From NCBI GenBank assembly GCA_964453635.1, contig CAYVSK010000005.1, positions 1,760 to 57,314 on the forward strand: a stretch of DNA of 55,555 bases, given 5' to 3'. Shown here one piece after another: positions 9,541 to 19,623 of the stretch. Each line of letters begins with the position of its first letter. Position 1 is the stretch's first letter. The translations under genes and the position numbers were made by a program. Below the pieces are notes generated by a model that was not told the DNA's origin, did not search any database, and worked only from the letters and a program-made list of their open reading frames with translations. Source of the stretch: an uncultured Weeksellaceae bacterium (GTDB lineage Bacteria; Bacteroidota; Bacteroidia; Flavobacteriales_D; CAYVSK01).

Positions 9541-10596
9541 ATGACCCCCGTCCAAGAAGGGATCTCTCTCAAAACATACAACACCTTCGGTATCGATGTG
9601 AAGGCGCGCTATTTTGCTGTTTTCCACAACGAGCAAGAGCTAAAGGAATTGTTGAGTGACCCTGAATATTGCGATATGCCGAAAGTGGTGCTCGGTGGTG
9701 GCAGCAATGTGTTGTTCACCCGGGATTTCGACGGCTTGGTCCTTTTGAATCGGATACAGGGACAGGAACTGCTCGACTCGTCGGGTAACGAACGGGTCGT
9801 TCGGATCGGTGGCGGAGAGAATTGGCACGAATTCGTTATGGAGGCGGTTGAAAGGGGATGGGGCGGCGTGGAGAACCTTTCTCTGATCCCCGGTTCGGTC
9901 GGTGCTGCTCCGATGCAGAACATCGGGGCTTATGGGGTGGAATTAAGGGAGGTCTTCGATCGCCTGGAGGCTTTTGATATGAAGGAAGGACGGTTCCGTG
10001 AGTTCAACGCTTCGGAATGTCGTTTCGGATATCGGTATAGTGTTTTTAAAGGACCGTTGAAGGACCGTTACGTGATCACCCGGGTGACCTTACGCCTCGA
10101 TACCGAGCCTGTTCTCCGGACCGATTATCGTTCCCTGTCAGCCGAACTCGAGCGGATGGGGGTGACCCGGCCCACGATCCGGACCGTAAGCCAGGCCGTG
10201 ATCAACGTCCGGCGGAGCAAATTGCCCGATCCCCAAAAGACCGGGAATGCGGGTAGTTTTTTCAAAAATCCCGTGATTCAGAGAGAGCGATACGAGGAAT
10301 TGAAGGAGCAATATCCCGCGCTTCCTTCCTTTCCGGTTGACCGGGATCGGGTCAAGATCCCGGCTGGATGGCTGATCGAGCGCATGGGGTGGAAAGGGGT
10401 CTCTTTTGGGCACTACGGCGTTTATCCTGATCAAGCGCTGGTTTTGGTGAATTACGGGGGTGCAGAGGGGGCGGATCTTTACGAACTTTCCGCCCGGATC
10501 CGGAAGAGTGTAGAGGAGGGATTCGGGATCCGCCTGGAGCGAGAGGTGAATGTGATCGATGCCTCCGGGGTCGTGAAGAACAGTGGGGACGACTGA
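9541..10596 (+). CDS. murB: UDP-N-acetylenolpyruvoylglucosamine reductase
   Basis: ORF 9514..10596, with the likely start at the ATG at 9541 (MTPVQEGISLKTYNTFGI). FAD-binding GGGSNVLF, SLIPGSVGAAPMQNIGAYG and NAGSFFKNP are MurB hallmarks. Confidence 0.93.
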   Translation: MTPVQEGISLKTYNTFGIDVKARYFAVFHNEQELKELLSDPEYCDMPKVVLGGGSNVLFTRDFDGLVLLNRIQGQELLDSSGNERVVRIGGGENWHEFVMEAVERGWGGVENLSLIPGSVGAAPMQNIGAYGVELREVFDRLEAFDMKEGRFREFNASECRFGYRYSVFKGPLKDRYVITRVTLRLDTEPVLRTDYRSLSAELERMGVTRPTIRTVSQAVINVRRSKLPDPQKTGNAGSFFKNPVIQRERYEELKEQYPALPSFPVDRDRVKIPAGWLIERMGWKGVSFGHYGVYPDQALVLVNYGGAEGADLYELSARIRKSVEEGFGIRLEREVNVIDASGVVKNSGDD

Positions 10597-10599
10597 TTC

Positions 10600-12156
10600 T
10601 CAATCGTCCGCCGGGTCAACTTTTTCCATGGCTTGTTGCCGGATCCTGATCTGGTGAAATTTTCGTTCGATCCTGCCACTCGGCTTGGGAGCCGGGGCTT
10701 TTATGTATTCCCCGCTGGGACTGAGCAGGTAAAAGACGGGATAGGAATGGATGTTGTACTTCGCCCATTGGTCACGGTCTTCCCCCATATGCAGAAAGGT
10801 CCAGTCGTATTCGGGGTGCTCGGCCAGAAAGCGCTGCATTTCCTCCATCTGCTCGTCCAAAGAAATGGAGACGAATTTGATGTGCTCTCCGTATTTCCCC
10901 TGGAGTTTTTCGATCACTTTCAATTCCCTTTTACTTTTGGCCTGAAGCGCTGAAAAGAAATTCAGATAGATGTGTTTATTGCCCGTGAGGTCTCCAAGGC
11001 TGACCATGTTGCTGTCGCGGTCGGGTAGGTGGAAGGAAGGGACCCGGGTCCCTTTCCGGGTCTTGTTGAAATTGGCCAAAAGGTTCCCTGCGATCTTTCT
11101 TGTTTCGGGATATCGTCCCGCCTGAACGAGGGAATCGAGGAGCACCCGCACGCCTTTTTGTTCGAATTCCGGCCTGTAGTATAGCTCGAAGAGTCCTTTG
11201 ATGGCTGTCAGCTCCCTGATACGGGGATTTTCCATAAAACGTTGCTTTTTCAAAAAGTTCTGGAGCCCGTCGAGGCTGTGGGTTCGGTTGACCACCCCTT
11301 TCAGGGCTTGGGGATCGTTTCGCATACCGGGCTCAATGAGAAAGCCTTTGAAGAACTGATTGAAGAATTTCATGTATTCTTCGTTGTGGTAGTGAACCGG
11401 TTCGTCTTTCAGGTACTGGTTAAAGAGGCGCCTGTCACTTCGCGTGGTCAGGCGTTCGAAATCGGCCATCGCGAAGTGTTGATAAGTGTTGAAATAGGGG
11501 TGGTCAACCTCCGAATACCGTTCTTTGACGAGGCCTTTGAGGGAATCCACCAGGGTGTCCAGGGAAGGTTTTTCGCTCAGGGCTTTTCGGATTGACGAAT
11601 CCAGTGGGCGTTCTTCATCGAGTCTTTGGCTGTAGTTTCCGCCTCTGAAAGACTTGAGGGCGATCAATGAGGAATTTTCCCGGATCAATTGATCGTAGAC
11701 CCTGTTGAAGTCAAAGATCAGGTTGTTGATGTCGTGTCGGGGAAGCTCGTAGAAAGTGAGCTCCACTTCGTTCATGTGTCCGACTTTTTTGGCTGAATCC
11801 TCCGGCAATCGAGGAAATTTGACCTTGTAATCCCCGCCCGGGTCGATGTGGATCCTGGCATCGACGCCCTCGATCCGTAGGAAAGATGGAAAGGTTCGTT
11901 CCGTTCGTTCCCGTTCAAATCGGAATTTTCCGTCTTCATTGACCGTGCTTTGGCCGATCCGTTCTTCCTGGTAGGTCACGAAGTCTGTGAAACGCCACCA
12001 GGTCACGGTCTCACCTTTAAAAGCCGGGGCCTCTCCCTGAATGGTGACCTTTTCTTCATCTCCCTGGGATTTTGCTTTGCTGAATGGGGTCACCAGACAC
12101 CAAATTGCGAACAATGTATGCCAGAGGAGGCTCCTATTTGGTCGCAGCCCCTTCAT
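10600..12156 (-). CDS. TlpA/thioredoxin-fold protein with large N-terminal domain; CXXC motif lost
   Basis: 518-aa ORF with a signal-like N-terminus. The C-terminal ~140 aa has TlpA-like layout (..HIYLNFFSALQAKSKRELKVIEKL..FVSISLDE..YPVFYLLSPSGEY), but the WxxWCxxC position reads FFSALQAKS (10933..10959). Confidence 0.7.
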   Translation of the reverse strand: MKGLRPNRSLLWHTLFAIWCLVTPFSKAKSQGDEEKVTIQGEAPAFKGETVTWWRFTDFVTYQEERIGQSTVNEDGKFRFERERTERTFPSFLRIEGVDARIHIDPGGDYKVKFPRLPEDSAKKVGHMNEVELTFYELPRHDINNLIFDFNRVYDQLIRENSSLIALKSFRGGNYSQRLDEERPLDSSIRKALSEKPSLDTLVDSLKGLVKERYSEVDHPYFNTYQHFAMADFERLTTRSDRRLFNQYLKDEPVHYHNEEYMKFFNQFFKGFLIEPGMRNDPQALKGVVNRTHSLDGLQNFLKKQRFMENPRIRELTAIKGLFELYYRPEFEQKGVRVLLDSLVQAGRYPETRKIAGNLLANFNKTRKGTRVPSFHLPDRDSNMVSLGDLTGNKHIYLNFFSALQAKSKRELKVIEKLQGKYGEHIKFVSISLDEQMEEMQRFLAEHPEYDWTFLHMGEDRDQWAKYNIHSYPVFYLLSPSGEYIKAPAPKPSGRIERKFHQIRIRQQAMEKVDPADD

Positions 12157-12626
12157 GTGGAATCTTTCTCGATATCGATACCGGCGGGGAGGAATGGTGA
12201 AGGGTCCCCATCGTTTCGGATGATGTCGCGGACAATGGTGGAACTGATCGATGCGAGCTCGGCTTCTGTGATCAGGGTAATGGTCTCTATTTCGGGGGCC
12301 ATGGACCGGTTCATCTGGGCGATGTTCTTTTCGAACTCAAAATCGTTGATGTTCCGCAACCCCCGTACAATGTAGCGGGCGTTGACGGAACGGCAGAAGG
12401 TCACGGTCAAGCCTTCGAAACGTTGAACACTGACCCGGTCATCGTCCCGGAAAAGCGTTTCGATCCATTTTTCACGCTGTTCCAGGGGGAACAAGCCGGA
12501 TTTTTTGGCATTCATGCCGATCCCCACGACCAAGTGATCGAAGAGTGGCAACGCCCTTTTTATGATCGATTCGTGGCCTTTGGTGATGGGGTCGAAGGAC
12601 CCCGGAAAAACCGCAATATTTCTCAT
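12153..12626 (-). CDS. coaD: Phosphopantetheine adenylyltransferase
   Basis: MRNIAVFPGSFDPITKGHESII... is the classic CoaD N-terminus (the T/HxGH motif). Length is 157 aa. Confidence 0.94.
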   Translation of the reverse strand: MRNIAVFPGSFDPITKGHESIIKRALPLFDHLVVGIGMNAKKSGLFPLEQREKWIETLFRDDDRVSVQRFEGLTVTFCRSVNARYIVRGLRNINDFEFEKNIAQMNRSMAPEIETITLITEAELASISSTIVRDIIRNDGDPSPFLPAGIDIEKDST

Positions 12627-12698
12627 GGTGTATGAATAAAAAGCGCTTGGAAGGGTGCTTCAAAGGTATTCAACATGAAGAACGCCCGGATCCTCCTT

Positions 12699-13274
12699 TC
12701 ATTGTTCGGTCTTCTCATCGTTGTCCTCGGGGGTGGGGGACCAAAAGCTAAACCGGGTGCGCCCGAAGTTCCGGGTTTCCAAAAACCATGGGTCCGAGTG
12801 ATCGGGTTCGGTCCTTCCTTCGTGTTCCATCACCATGAGCCCCGCTTTTTTGAGGAGCCCGTTTTTTTCGACCGATCGACGTACCTCTCTTATGGCCTCA
12901 GCGCTCCGGTTGTAAGGTGGGTCGGCAAAGATGACGTCATAAGGACTGAAAGCTTTTTTGAGAAATTCCCGCACGTCCCTTCTTTCAATGTGGATCCTGG
13001 AAAGCTCCATCTCCTCAGTCATTTTGGAGATGGATCGGGTTGCTTTGGGGTCTTTATCGACAGCGGTTACCAAGCCAGCCCCCCGGGATGCGAACTCTAA
13101 GCTCACGCTCCCCGTCCCGGCATATAGATCGAGTACTGTGATATCCTCGAGGTTCATTCTGTTCTGTAGGATATTGAACAACCCTTCCCTGGCCTGGTCG
13201 GTCGTCGGACGGGCTTTTATGCCAGCTGGGGGATGAAGCCGCTTTTTTTTGAATCGTCCGCCGATGATCCGCAT
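12699..13274 (-). CDS. rsmD: 16S rRNA (guanine966-N2)-methyltransferase RsmD
   Basis: MRIIGGRFKKKRL...RPTTDQAREGLFNIL...VLDLYAGTGSVSLEFASRGA...IFADPPY matches the RsmD family motifs. Confidence 0.9.
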   Translation of the reverse strand: MRIIGGRFKKKRLHPPAGIKARPTTDQAREGLFNILQNRMNLEDITVLDLYAGTGSVSLEFASRGAGLVTAVDKDPKATRSISKMTEEMELSRIHIERRDVREFLKKAFSPYDVIFADPPYNRSAEAIREVRRSVEKNGLLKKAGLMVMEHEGRTEPDHSDPWFLETRNFGRTRFSFWSPTPEDNDEKTEQ

Positions 13275-13286
13275 GAGATAGAACCG

Positions 13287-14183
13287 TTAGCCTGTACCGG
13301 TGAACCAGGATTCCAAAATGAGAAAATTCCCGGATAGGGGATCTGTTTGCTTCCGGGAAGCTGAATAAGGGGCAATATCCGGGGTCAGATCTTCAATGTT
13401 GCGGAAATAGACCGAAAGTTCTTCGAGGGTCTCTTCTGAAAATGAACTGTGGCCAGCAACAAAGAGGGGGGTCTTGTAGATGTTCAGCTGCATCGTTTCC
13501 CTTGTGGCCAGGATATAATAAACCGCGTCCGCGGCCGTCCGTACTTGAAAGCTGTTCCAGAATTCGAGTGTCCCGTTGCGGGGGATGAGAATATCGATCA
13601 TGTGGGGAGAGAAATAAACAAAGACCCCGTTCTGATCATGGACGAGGTGGCGTTTGACGATGGCGTGGATCAGTGTGGATGAACGGTGATAAAGGGTACT
13701 AAAGGGGAAATGATAGTGGAGTGGGTCGATCAGTTCCCGGGGTGTGCTATAGACCGAATAAGCTTGAAGCACCGGCAGATGGTCGTGTTTTACGACATGG
13801 TCCGACCGTCCACCGGAGCTCGCAAGGTTAAGGTCCAGATAACTTTCCGCCTTGGTCGGATCGAATGTAGCATCGGGGACCAGGGTGGCACTGCCGGGTA
13901 CGATGACCGCGGAAACTGAACGCGGCTTTCCGGCGCTTTCGCTTATTGACAAAAAAGCTTGATTGGCGCTGTTTTCACTGTATTTGTTGTCAGCGATCCT
14001 TTGACCGGATATCCTCGAGAAGCTTTTCTTACGGGTATCGAGTAGGCACCAATGGACCCTTTCGTGGTCGACCACCAATAGGAGATGAGAATTGGTTCCC
14101 TCTTCTGTTTCCGGGGGGTCCGGAAACATGGAGGGGGTTCGGGGTCCTTTCCCGCCCTGGTCAGTATTCTCCCCAATTACCAC
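13287..14183 (-). CDS. DUF3822-like protein (Bacteroidota conserved hypothetical)
   Basis: 298-aa ORF. The central part (VFVYFSPHMIDILIPRNGTLEFWNSFQVRTAADAVYYILATRE) resembles my recollection of DUF3822 proteins, which commonly sit next to rsmD in Flavobacteriia. An alternative start is at 14129. Confidence 0.55.
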   Translation of the reverse strand: MVIGENTDQGGKGPRTPSMFPDPPETEEGTNSHLLLVVDHERVHWCLLDTRKKSFSRISGQRIADNKYSENSANQAFLSISESAGKPRSVSAVIVPGSATLVPDATFDPTKAESYLDLNLASSGGRSDHVVKHDHLPVLQAYSVYSTPRELIDPLHYHFPFSTLYHRSSTLIHAIVKRHLVHDQNGVFVYFSPHMIDILIPRNGTLEFWNSFQVRTAADAVYYILATRETMQLNIYKTPLFVAGHSSFSEETLEELSVYFRNIEDLTPDIAPYSASRKQTDPLSGNFLILESWFTGTG

Positions 14184-15000
14184 TGGTCGTGGCTTCGGTC
14201 AGGGATCCTACTTTTAGTGTATCGGTGTCTCCGAAGGGATCGGGATCCTTGGCCATGAAAACGGGCTGGTTCACGCCCCCCTCTTCCTTGAGGGTCTTGG
14301 CCTTTAAAATGAACTTCTTGTCACCGCCGGGTTTATAGGGAAGGGAGTCCACATAGAAGGGATAATCCCGTTCTTCCCGTCTGGCAGTGGCGGAATTGAA
14401 GAGGGAGTCCCCGGCGGGGGTGTAGAGGGAGTCCTTTTTGAGCAGGCCTTCCTCGATGGCCTCCTCCTCGGTCAGGGTATCCGGCACGTGGCCATCGATC
14501 TGGACGAAGAGGAGGGAATCGTTCTTGAGGAAGTTCACGAGTGAGTCCCAATCGGCTGTAAAATTTCCGTATTTTTTGCGGAAGGCTTTTTGGGTCTTGC
14601 GGATGTCCTTGAGTTTTTGGGTCACTTGGTTATGGACCTTCTTTTTCTTGGCCTTGTACTCGATCTCATCCTTAACCACTTTGTAGGCCAGGTAGACAAA
14701 CCCAAGGATCCCGAAAAGAAGGATCACAGTGAGGATCATGGAAACGAGCCGGTTAATGGTATTCAGGACAAAAAGCAGGTAAAGCACGCCGAAAACGGTG
14801 ATCGCAATAGCACCCCAGGTAAAGTATTGGTTCTGATTCCCTACCTTGGCAAAAATGAGGGCAATGATCCCCACGATCAAAAAAAGGATCGGCCAGAAGA
14901 GCTGCCCCGCATAATAGGTGAAGTCCTCCCAGAATTTCTTAAGTTCTTCCATGGCTGAAGGATTGGGAATGAAAGATACAAATCTAAAATTTTTTCCCAA
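14161..15000 (-). CDS. Membrane protein of unknown function (about 3 TM helices + soluble C-terminal domain)
   Basis: 279-aa ORF with the likely start at MEELKKFW (14952). It has three hydrophobic helices, then a lysine-rich linker and a soluble domain. Confidence 0.6.
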   Translation of the reverse strand: MGKNFRFVSFIPNPSAMEELKKFWEDFTYYAGQLFWPILFLIVGIIALIFAKVGNQNQYFTWGAIAITVFGVLYLLFVLNTINRLVSMILTVILLFGILGFVYLAYKVVKDEIEYKAKKKKVHNQVTQKLKDIRKTQKAFRKKYGNFTADWDSLVNFLKNDSLLFVQIDGHVPDTLTEEEAIEEGLLKKDSLYTPAGDSLFNSATARREERDYPFYVDSLPYKPGGDKKFILKAKTLKEEGGVNQPVFMAKDPDPFGDTDTLKVGSLTEATTSGNWGEY

Positions 15001-16475
15001 TGGCGAGGGGTCGATCGATTACCATTGTGACCCTGCATGAAGCGTTCAATATGAGCACCAGGAAAACACGGACCATTGAGGCGTTCCGGCAACGATTCAG
15101 CGATCTTTCCGATGGAAGCCAGGATGAAGTGTTCCGGAAACTCGGGGATTTTCTCTTCGACCCTTCGGCCCGGGTCTTTATTCTGAAGGGGGCTGCGGGT
15201 ACCGGAAAAACGGCGGTTTTAAGTGCTTTAGCTAAGGCGATCGAGGACCTGAGCGGGAATGTTCTTCTCATGGCACCTACCGGAAGAGCTGCCCAGGTCC
15301 TTTCCGGGTCCGCGGGAATACCTGCACACACCATTCATAAGAGGATCTATAATGTCCGTGAGGGAGTTGATGGAAGCCGGTCCTTTGAACTGAAAAGGAA
15401 CCCGTGGAAAAAGGGGGTATATATTGTGGATGAGGCTTCCATGATCGGCCTTTCGGGCGGTATCGAAGGGACCTCTGGGCTGCTGGACGACCTTTTGCAG
15501 CACGTTGTTGGTGGGGATAATGGATGTAAACTCCTGCTTTGTGGGGACGATGCTCAGTTACCTCCGGTCGGTTCTGAAGAGAGTCCGGCTCTCTCCCATT
15601 CACGACTCGAAAGGAAAGTGCCCGGAACGGTCATGGAGGGAACCCTTGAACTGATCTATCGCCAGGAGGAACGAAGCGGGATCCTGGAGAATGCCCTTCG
15701 CCTCAGGGGGGCGATAGAACGCTCCGAGCCCCGGATGCCTACCCTGAAAAGTTCCGAATATGCGGATATTGAAAGGGTTTCGGGGGAGTTCCTCGAGGAA
15801 TCCCTGGAGGAGGCTTATGGACAATTCCGCGAAGGGGACGTGAAAGTGATATGTCGGTCCAATAAACGCGCCAACCTGTTCAACCAACAAATAAGGACAA
15901 GGATTCTCTGGCGTGAAGATGAATTGGAAGCAGGGGACCGCTTAATGGTCGTCCGCAATGATTATTACTGGATCCGGGACCGGGAGGAGGGGGATCTGAT
16001 CGCCAATGGTGAGTTGCTTCGTGTGGAAAGGGTACATCGGGTCTACGAAGAACTCGATACGCGATTCTGCGAGGCAACCGTGCTTTTACTGGACCAGGTC
16101 GGTCAGCCTGAGCTGGAGGTGTTGTTAAACTTGGAGGCCATCCATACGGAAAAGGCGGCTCTCGACCGGGAACGAGTGCGGTCGATCCTCGATGGTCTTC
16201 AGGCCGAACAGACGGGGAAGAATCCCCGTGCGCGCTACCGAAAGGCTATGGAGGATGCGCGATACAATGCCTTACAAGTAAAGTTCGCTTATGCGGTGAC
16301 CTGTCATAAAAGTCAGGGGGGGCAATGGCCGGCCATATTCGTAGACCCGGGCATGATCCGGGAGGAAATGATCGACCGCAACTTTTTGAGGTGGTTGTAT
16401 ACCGCTCTTACAAGAGCTACGGAGAAGGTGTTCCTGGTGAACTTTCCGGCCCTTTTCTTCGGGGATGGAGAATGA
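15000..16475 (+). CDS. RecD-like / AAA_30-UvrD_C DNA helicase
   Basis: Motifs present are Walker A GAAGTGKT, DEASMI, LLLCGDDAQLPPVG and the C-terminal YAVTCHKSQGGQW. The likely start is the ATG at 15051 (MSTRKTR). Confidence 0.85.
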   Translation: MARGRSITIVTLHEAFNMSTRKTRTIEAFRQRFSDLSDGSQDEVFRKLGDFLFDPSARVFILKGAAGTGKTAVLSALAKAIEDLSGNVLLMAPTGRAAQVLSGSAGIPAHTIHKRIYNVREGVDGSRSFELKRNPWKKGVYIVDEASMIGLSGGIEGTSGLLDDLLQHVVGGDNGCKLLLCGDDAQLPPVGSEESPALSHSRLERKVPGTVMEGTLELIYRQEERSGILENALRLRGAIERSEPRMPTLKSSEYADIERVSGEFLEESLEEAYGQFREGDVKVICRSNKRANLFNQQIRTRILWREDELEAGDRLMVVRNDYYWIRDREEGDLIANGELLRVERVHRVYEELDTRFCEATVLLLDQVGQPELEVLLNLEAIHTEKAALDRERVRSILDGLQAEQTGKNPRARYRKAMEDARYNALQVKFAYAVTCHKSQGGQWPAIFVDPGMIREEMIDRNFLRWLYTALTRATEKVFLVNFPALFFGDGE

Positions 16476-16481
16476 GCAGGA

Positions 16482-18041
16482 TCAACGGAAGCGCCACCCC
16501 ATTTTCCGGACTTCCCTCCGGAGGACATCCGCTTCCTTCACCCGGAGGGATCTTTTGGGCTTACTCGTGTCTTCGACCGTAATGCTGTAGCGGCCCGGTG
16601 GAAGAGCCAGCGTGTATTCTTTATTGTGGGGATTCGGGCGATATATCCCTTGCAGGGTATCCTTTTCCTGATCCCGGATAACGATGGCCGTGGTATCGGG
16701 GAAGGGATGGTTCTCGATATTTAGTTTGTAGACCTGGGGCTTCTTTAGGATCTTTTGGTCCTTGACGCAGTAAATGTCCTTACTGCCTTTGGAATCGGAC
16801 CGGATGGTCGATATATAACCGTAAGCCCCGGACTTGGTGAACGTGATGGTCCGGTTGTCGTAAGGGTCGTTGATGGGGTAGCCCATGTTCTCGGGTTTGG
16901 TCCAGGACTCCTCGTCTGTTTTCAGATCGGTGGTGAAAAGGTCGAAGCCCCCCATTCCCTCATGTCCTTTTGATGAGAAATACAGCGTTTTATTGTCGTG
17001 CCCCATAATGGGATGTCCCTCATCGTGAGGTGTGTTGATCTTTTTCCCGATATTCCGGGGTTTTGCCCATTCCCCGTTGGGTAGTTTCTTCGACCAGTAG
17101 ATGTCCATACCCCCGTGGCCGCCCTCCCGGTCGCTCGTGAAAAAGAGGAATTGACCGTTGGGTGAGCGGGAGGCGGATAATTGGTGGTCCTGCGGAACGT
17201 TGATGGGGTCTTCGAATTCCTCGGGTTCCCGGAACCTGCCGTACTGAGCTTCTGCTTTGTATACCTTTCCTTTTTCATCGATGTGGTCGGGATAGAAATA
17301 GAGTCTTTTTCCTTCCTTCCCGATCCATGTGGCTTGTTCATCGAAACGTGTGTTGACGCCTTTACCGGCATTCTTGGCTTTCCCGATGCGGGTCGGTTTC
17401 CCTTCGGTCTTGGCTATCCAGATATCGGAAGAGTAATACCCGTCGAACTCTTTTCGGCTTCCAACATTGGACCGTCGTCTCGTTGTAAAGACGATCTTCT
17501 TTCCGTTCGGTGTCAGGAGTGGTGTGTGGTCCGGGAATTCTGTGTTTATCGGCTCTCCGGGATGGACCAGGGTCATCTCGCGGGGATTTTTCACCATTCT
17601 TTTGCCTGTGCGGCATTGCCCGATCCGGTGTTCAACCTTTTTCTCTTTTTCTCCGTCAACCTTTTCGGCGTATCGTTTGTACAATTCGATGGCCCGGTCA
17701 AAGTTCATCGCGTAGTGGTGAGATTTGGCCAGATGGAAGGTGACTGCCGGGTGATCGGCCCTGAAGTCCTCATCTTCCATGACCTTTTTGAAGTGTGGAA
17801 TGGCTTCGGACCGGTCCCGAACGTCACGGAGGATCGATAGACCAAGCTTGAAATGGGCCTCCATATTATTGGGGTCCTTTTTGATGACCCTCTTGAAGTT
17901 TGAGGCGGCATCGACGTAATTCCTTTCTTCGAAATTCTGCTCGCCTCGTTCCATGAACTGGGCAGCCCCATAGTGGGTAAGAAAAAGAATGAGCGGGATA
18001 ACAAGGGTGGGGGTTCTGCGGCCCAAAAAGCTATTGGTCAT
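16482..18041 (-). CDS. TPR + PD40 (TolB-like beta-propeller repeat) periplasmic protein
   Basis: 519-aa ORF with a signal peptide and an N-terminal TPR (..NMEAHFKLGLS..). PD40-like repeats recur (SPNGQFLFFTSDREGGHGGMDIYWS; DNKTLYFSSKGHEGMGGFDLF). No OmpA domain is visible. Confidence 0.7.
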   Translation of the reverse strand: MTNSFLGRRTPTLVIPLILFLTHYGAAQFMERGEQNFEERNYVDAASNFKRVIKKDPNNMEAHFKLGLSILRDVRDRSEAIPHFKKVMEDEDFRADHPAVTFHLAKSHHYAMNFDRAIELYKRYAEKVDGEKEKKVEHRIGQCRTGKRMVKNPREMTLVHPGEPINTEFPDHTPLLTPNGKKIVFTTRRRSNVGSRKEFDGYYSSDIWIAKTEGKPTRIGKAKNAGKGVNTRFDEQATWIGKEGKRLYFYPDHIDEKGKVYKAEAQYGRFREPEEFEDPINVPQDHQLSASRSPNGQFLFFTSDREGGHGGMDIYWSKKLPNGEWAKPRNIGKKINTPHDEGHPIMGHDNKTLYFSSKGHEGMGGFDLFTTDLKTDEESWTKPENMGYPINDPYDNRTITFTKSGAYGYISTIRSDSKGSKDIYCVKDQKILKKPQVYKLNIENHPFPDTTAIVIRDQEKDTLQGIYRPNPHNKEYTLALPPGRYSITVEDTSKPKRSLRVKEADVLRREVRKMGWRFR

Positions 18042-18218
18042 ACCATTCGTGTCCTTTTAAGTACGAGGGAGTGGATATTTCCCTGTGCAGGAGCGAATTT
18101 ACGATTTTTTTCAGGGGGTTGGCAATGAGGTTCTTGCCTTGTGGAAAGGAGGGGGTAGTGAGGGTGTGCTTTGTGGCGGGGAAATGGTCCCGGGAGGGAC
18201 GCCCCCGTCAAGGCCTTT

Positions 18219-19499
18219 TCATGCCTTAACGGGTTCCATGTTCTCAATAATAGCGTTCCCGAACTCCGAGCACTTCAGCAGGGTCGCGTTTTCCAATTGC
18301 CGATGGAAATCGTAGGTGACTTGTTTGGCCCCGATGGTATGCTCCATTCCTTGAATGATGAGTTCGGACGCTTTTTTCCAACCCAGATGGTCCAGCATCA
18401 TGACCCCCGATAAAAGGAGAGAGGAAGGGTTGACTTTGTCCATCCCGGCATATTTCGGTGCTGTTCCGTGCGTTGCTTCGAAGATGGCGTGGCCTGTGCT
18501 GTGGTTGATATTGGCACCCGGGGCGATCCCGATGCCCCCCACAGCGGCTGCAGCTGCATCGGAAACATAACCCCCGTTGAGGTGCCTCGTCGCGCTCCCG
18601 CAGTAACTGGTCGGACGGATCCGGATCTGTTGAAGGAAGGCGTCGGCAATGGCGTCTTTTATGATCAGTTTGCCGGCCTTTTTGGCCGCTTCTTCCGCCT
18701 GGTTGGCCGCTTCTTTTCCATCTTTTTCCACGATCCGGTCGTATTCGGCCCAGGTGAAGACTTTGTCGCCGTATTCCCGCTCAGCCATCTCATACCCCCA
18801 TTCCTTGAACTGGCCTTCCGTGAATTTCATGATGTTCCCCTTGTGCACCAGGGTCACGGATTCTTTACCGTGCTCCAGGGCGTAGTCGATAGCGGCTTTC
18901 ACGAGGCGTTCGGATCCTTCTCTGGAGATCGGCTTGACGCCGATGGAGGAGCTTTCCGGGAAACGGATGCTATCGACTCCCATTTCGTTCTGAAGGAAAT
19001 CGATCGTTTTTTTACAGGCATCTCCTTCGGCCATCCACTCGATCCCGGCGTATATGTCCTCGGTGTTCTCCCGGAATATGACCATGTCAACGTCCTGTGG
19101 CCTTTTTACGGGTGAAGGCACCCCTTCGAACCAACGAACGGGCCTGACGCATGCAAAAAGATCGAGTTCCTGCCGCAGGGCCACGTTCAATGAGCGGAAA
19201 CCACCACCCACGGGGGTGGTCAAAGGACCTTTGATCGCGATGAAGTAATTCCGGATGGCCTCGAGCGTTTCGTCGGGCAACCATTCCCCCTGTTGGTCCT
19301 TGGCTTTTTGACCGGCAAGGATCTCTTTCCACTCGATCTTCTTTTGCCCATGATAGGCCTTTTCAACCGCCGCCTCAAGGACTTTTTTCGTGGCGTTCCA
19401 AATATCGGGGCCGGTCCCGTCCCCTTCGATAAAAGGGATAATGGGGTCATCCGGTACGTTCAGTCGCCCGTTCTCTTCTGTGATCTTGGTCCCGCTCAT
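18219..19499 (-). CDS. icd: NADP-dependent isocitrate dehydrogenase (prokaryotic homodimeric type)
   Basis: It is collinear with E. coli Icd along its whole length ([81 protein letters not shown]). An aberrant catalytic loop is described in the findings. Confidence 0.95.
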   Translation of the reverse strand: MSGTKITEENGRLNVPDDPIIPFIEGDGTGPDIWNATKKVLEAAVEKAYHGQKKIEWKEILAGQKAKDQQGEWLPDETLEAIRNYFIAIKGPLTTPVGGGFRSLNVALRQELDLFACVRPVRWFEGVPSPVKRPQDVDMVIFRENTEDIYAGIEWMAEGDACKKTIDFLQNEMGVDSIRFPESSSIGVKPISREGSERLVKAAIDYALEHGKESVTLVHKGNIMKFTEGQFKEWGYEMAEREYGDKVFTWAEYDRIVEKDGKEAANQAEEAAKKAGKLIIKDAIADAFLQQIRIRPTSYCGSATRHLNGGYVSDAAAAAVGGIGIAPGANINHSTGHAIFEATHGTAPKYAGMDKVNPSSLLLSGVMMLDHLGWKKASELIIQGMEHTIGAKQVTYDFHRQLENATLLKCSEFGNAIIENMEPVKA

Positions 19500-19623
19500 T
19501 GTTGGGTGTTTCTTCGTTTTACATGGGGTCTTTAAGGGATCAGAAAAAGATGTGCCAATTCATAATGCCTTGGGTCCTGAAATTCATCTTTTCCTACAAA
19601 GGTATTTTTTTCCCGATCGCAGT

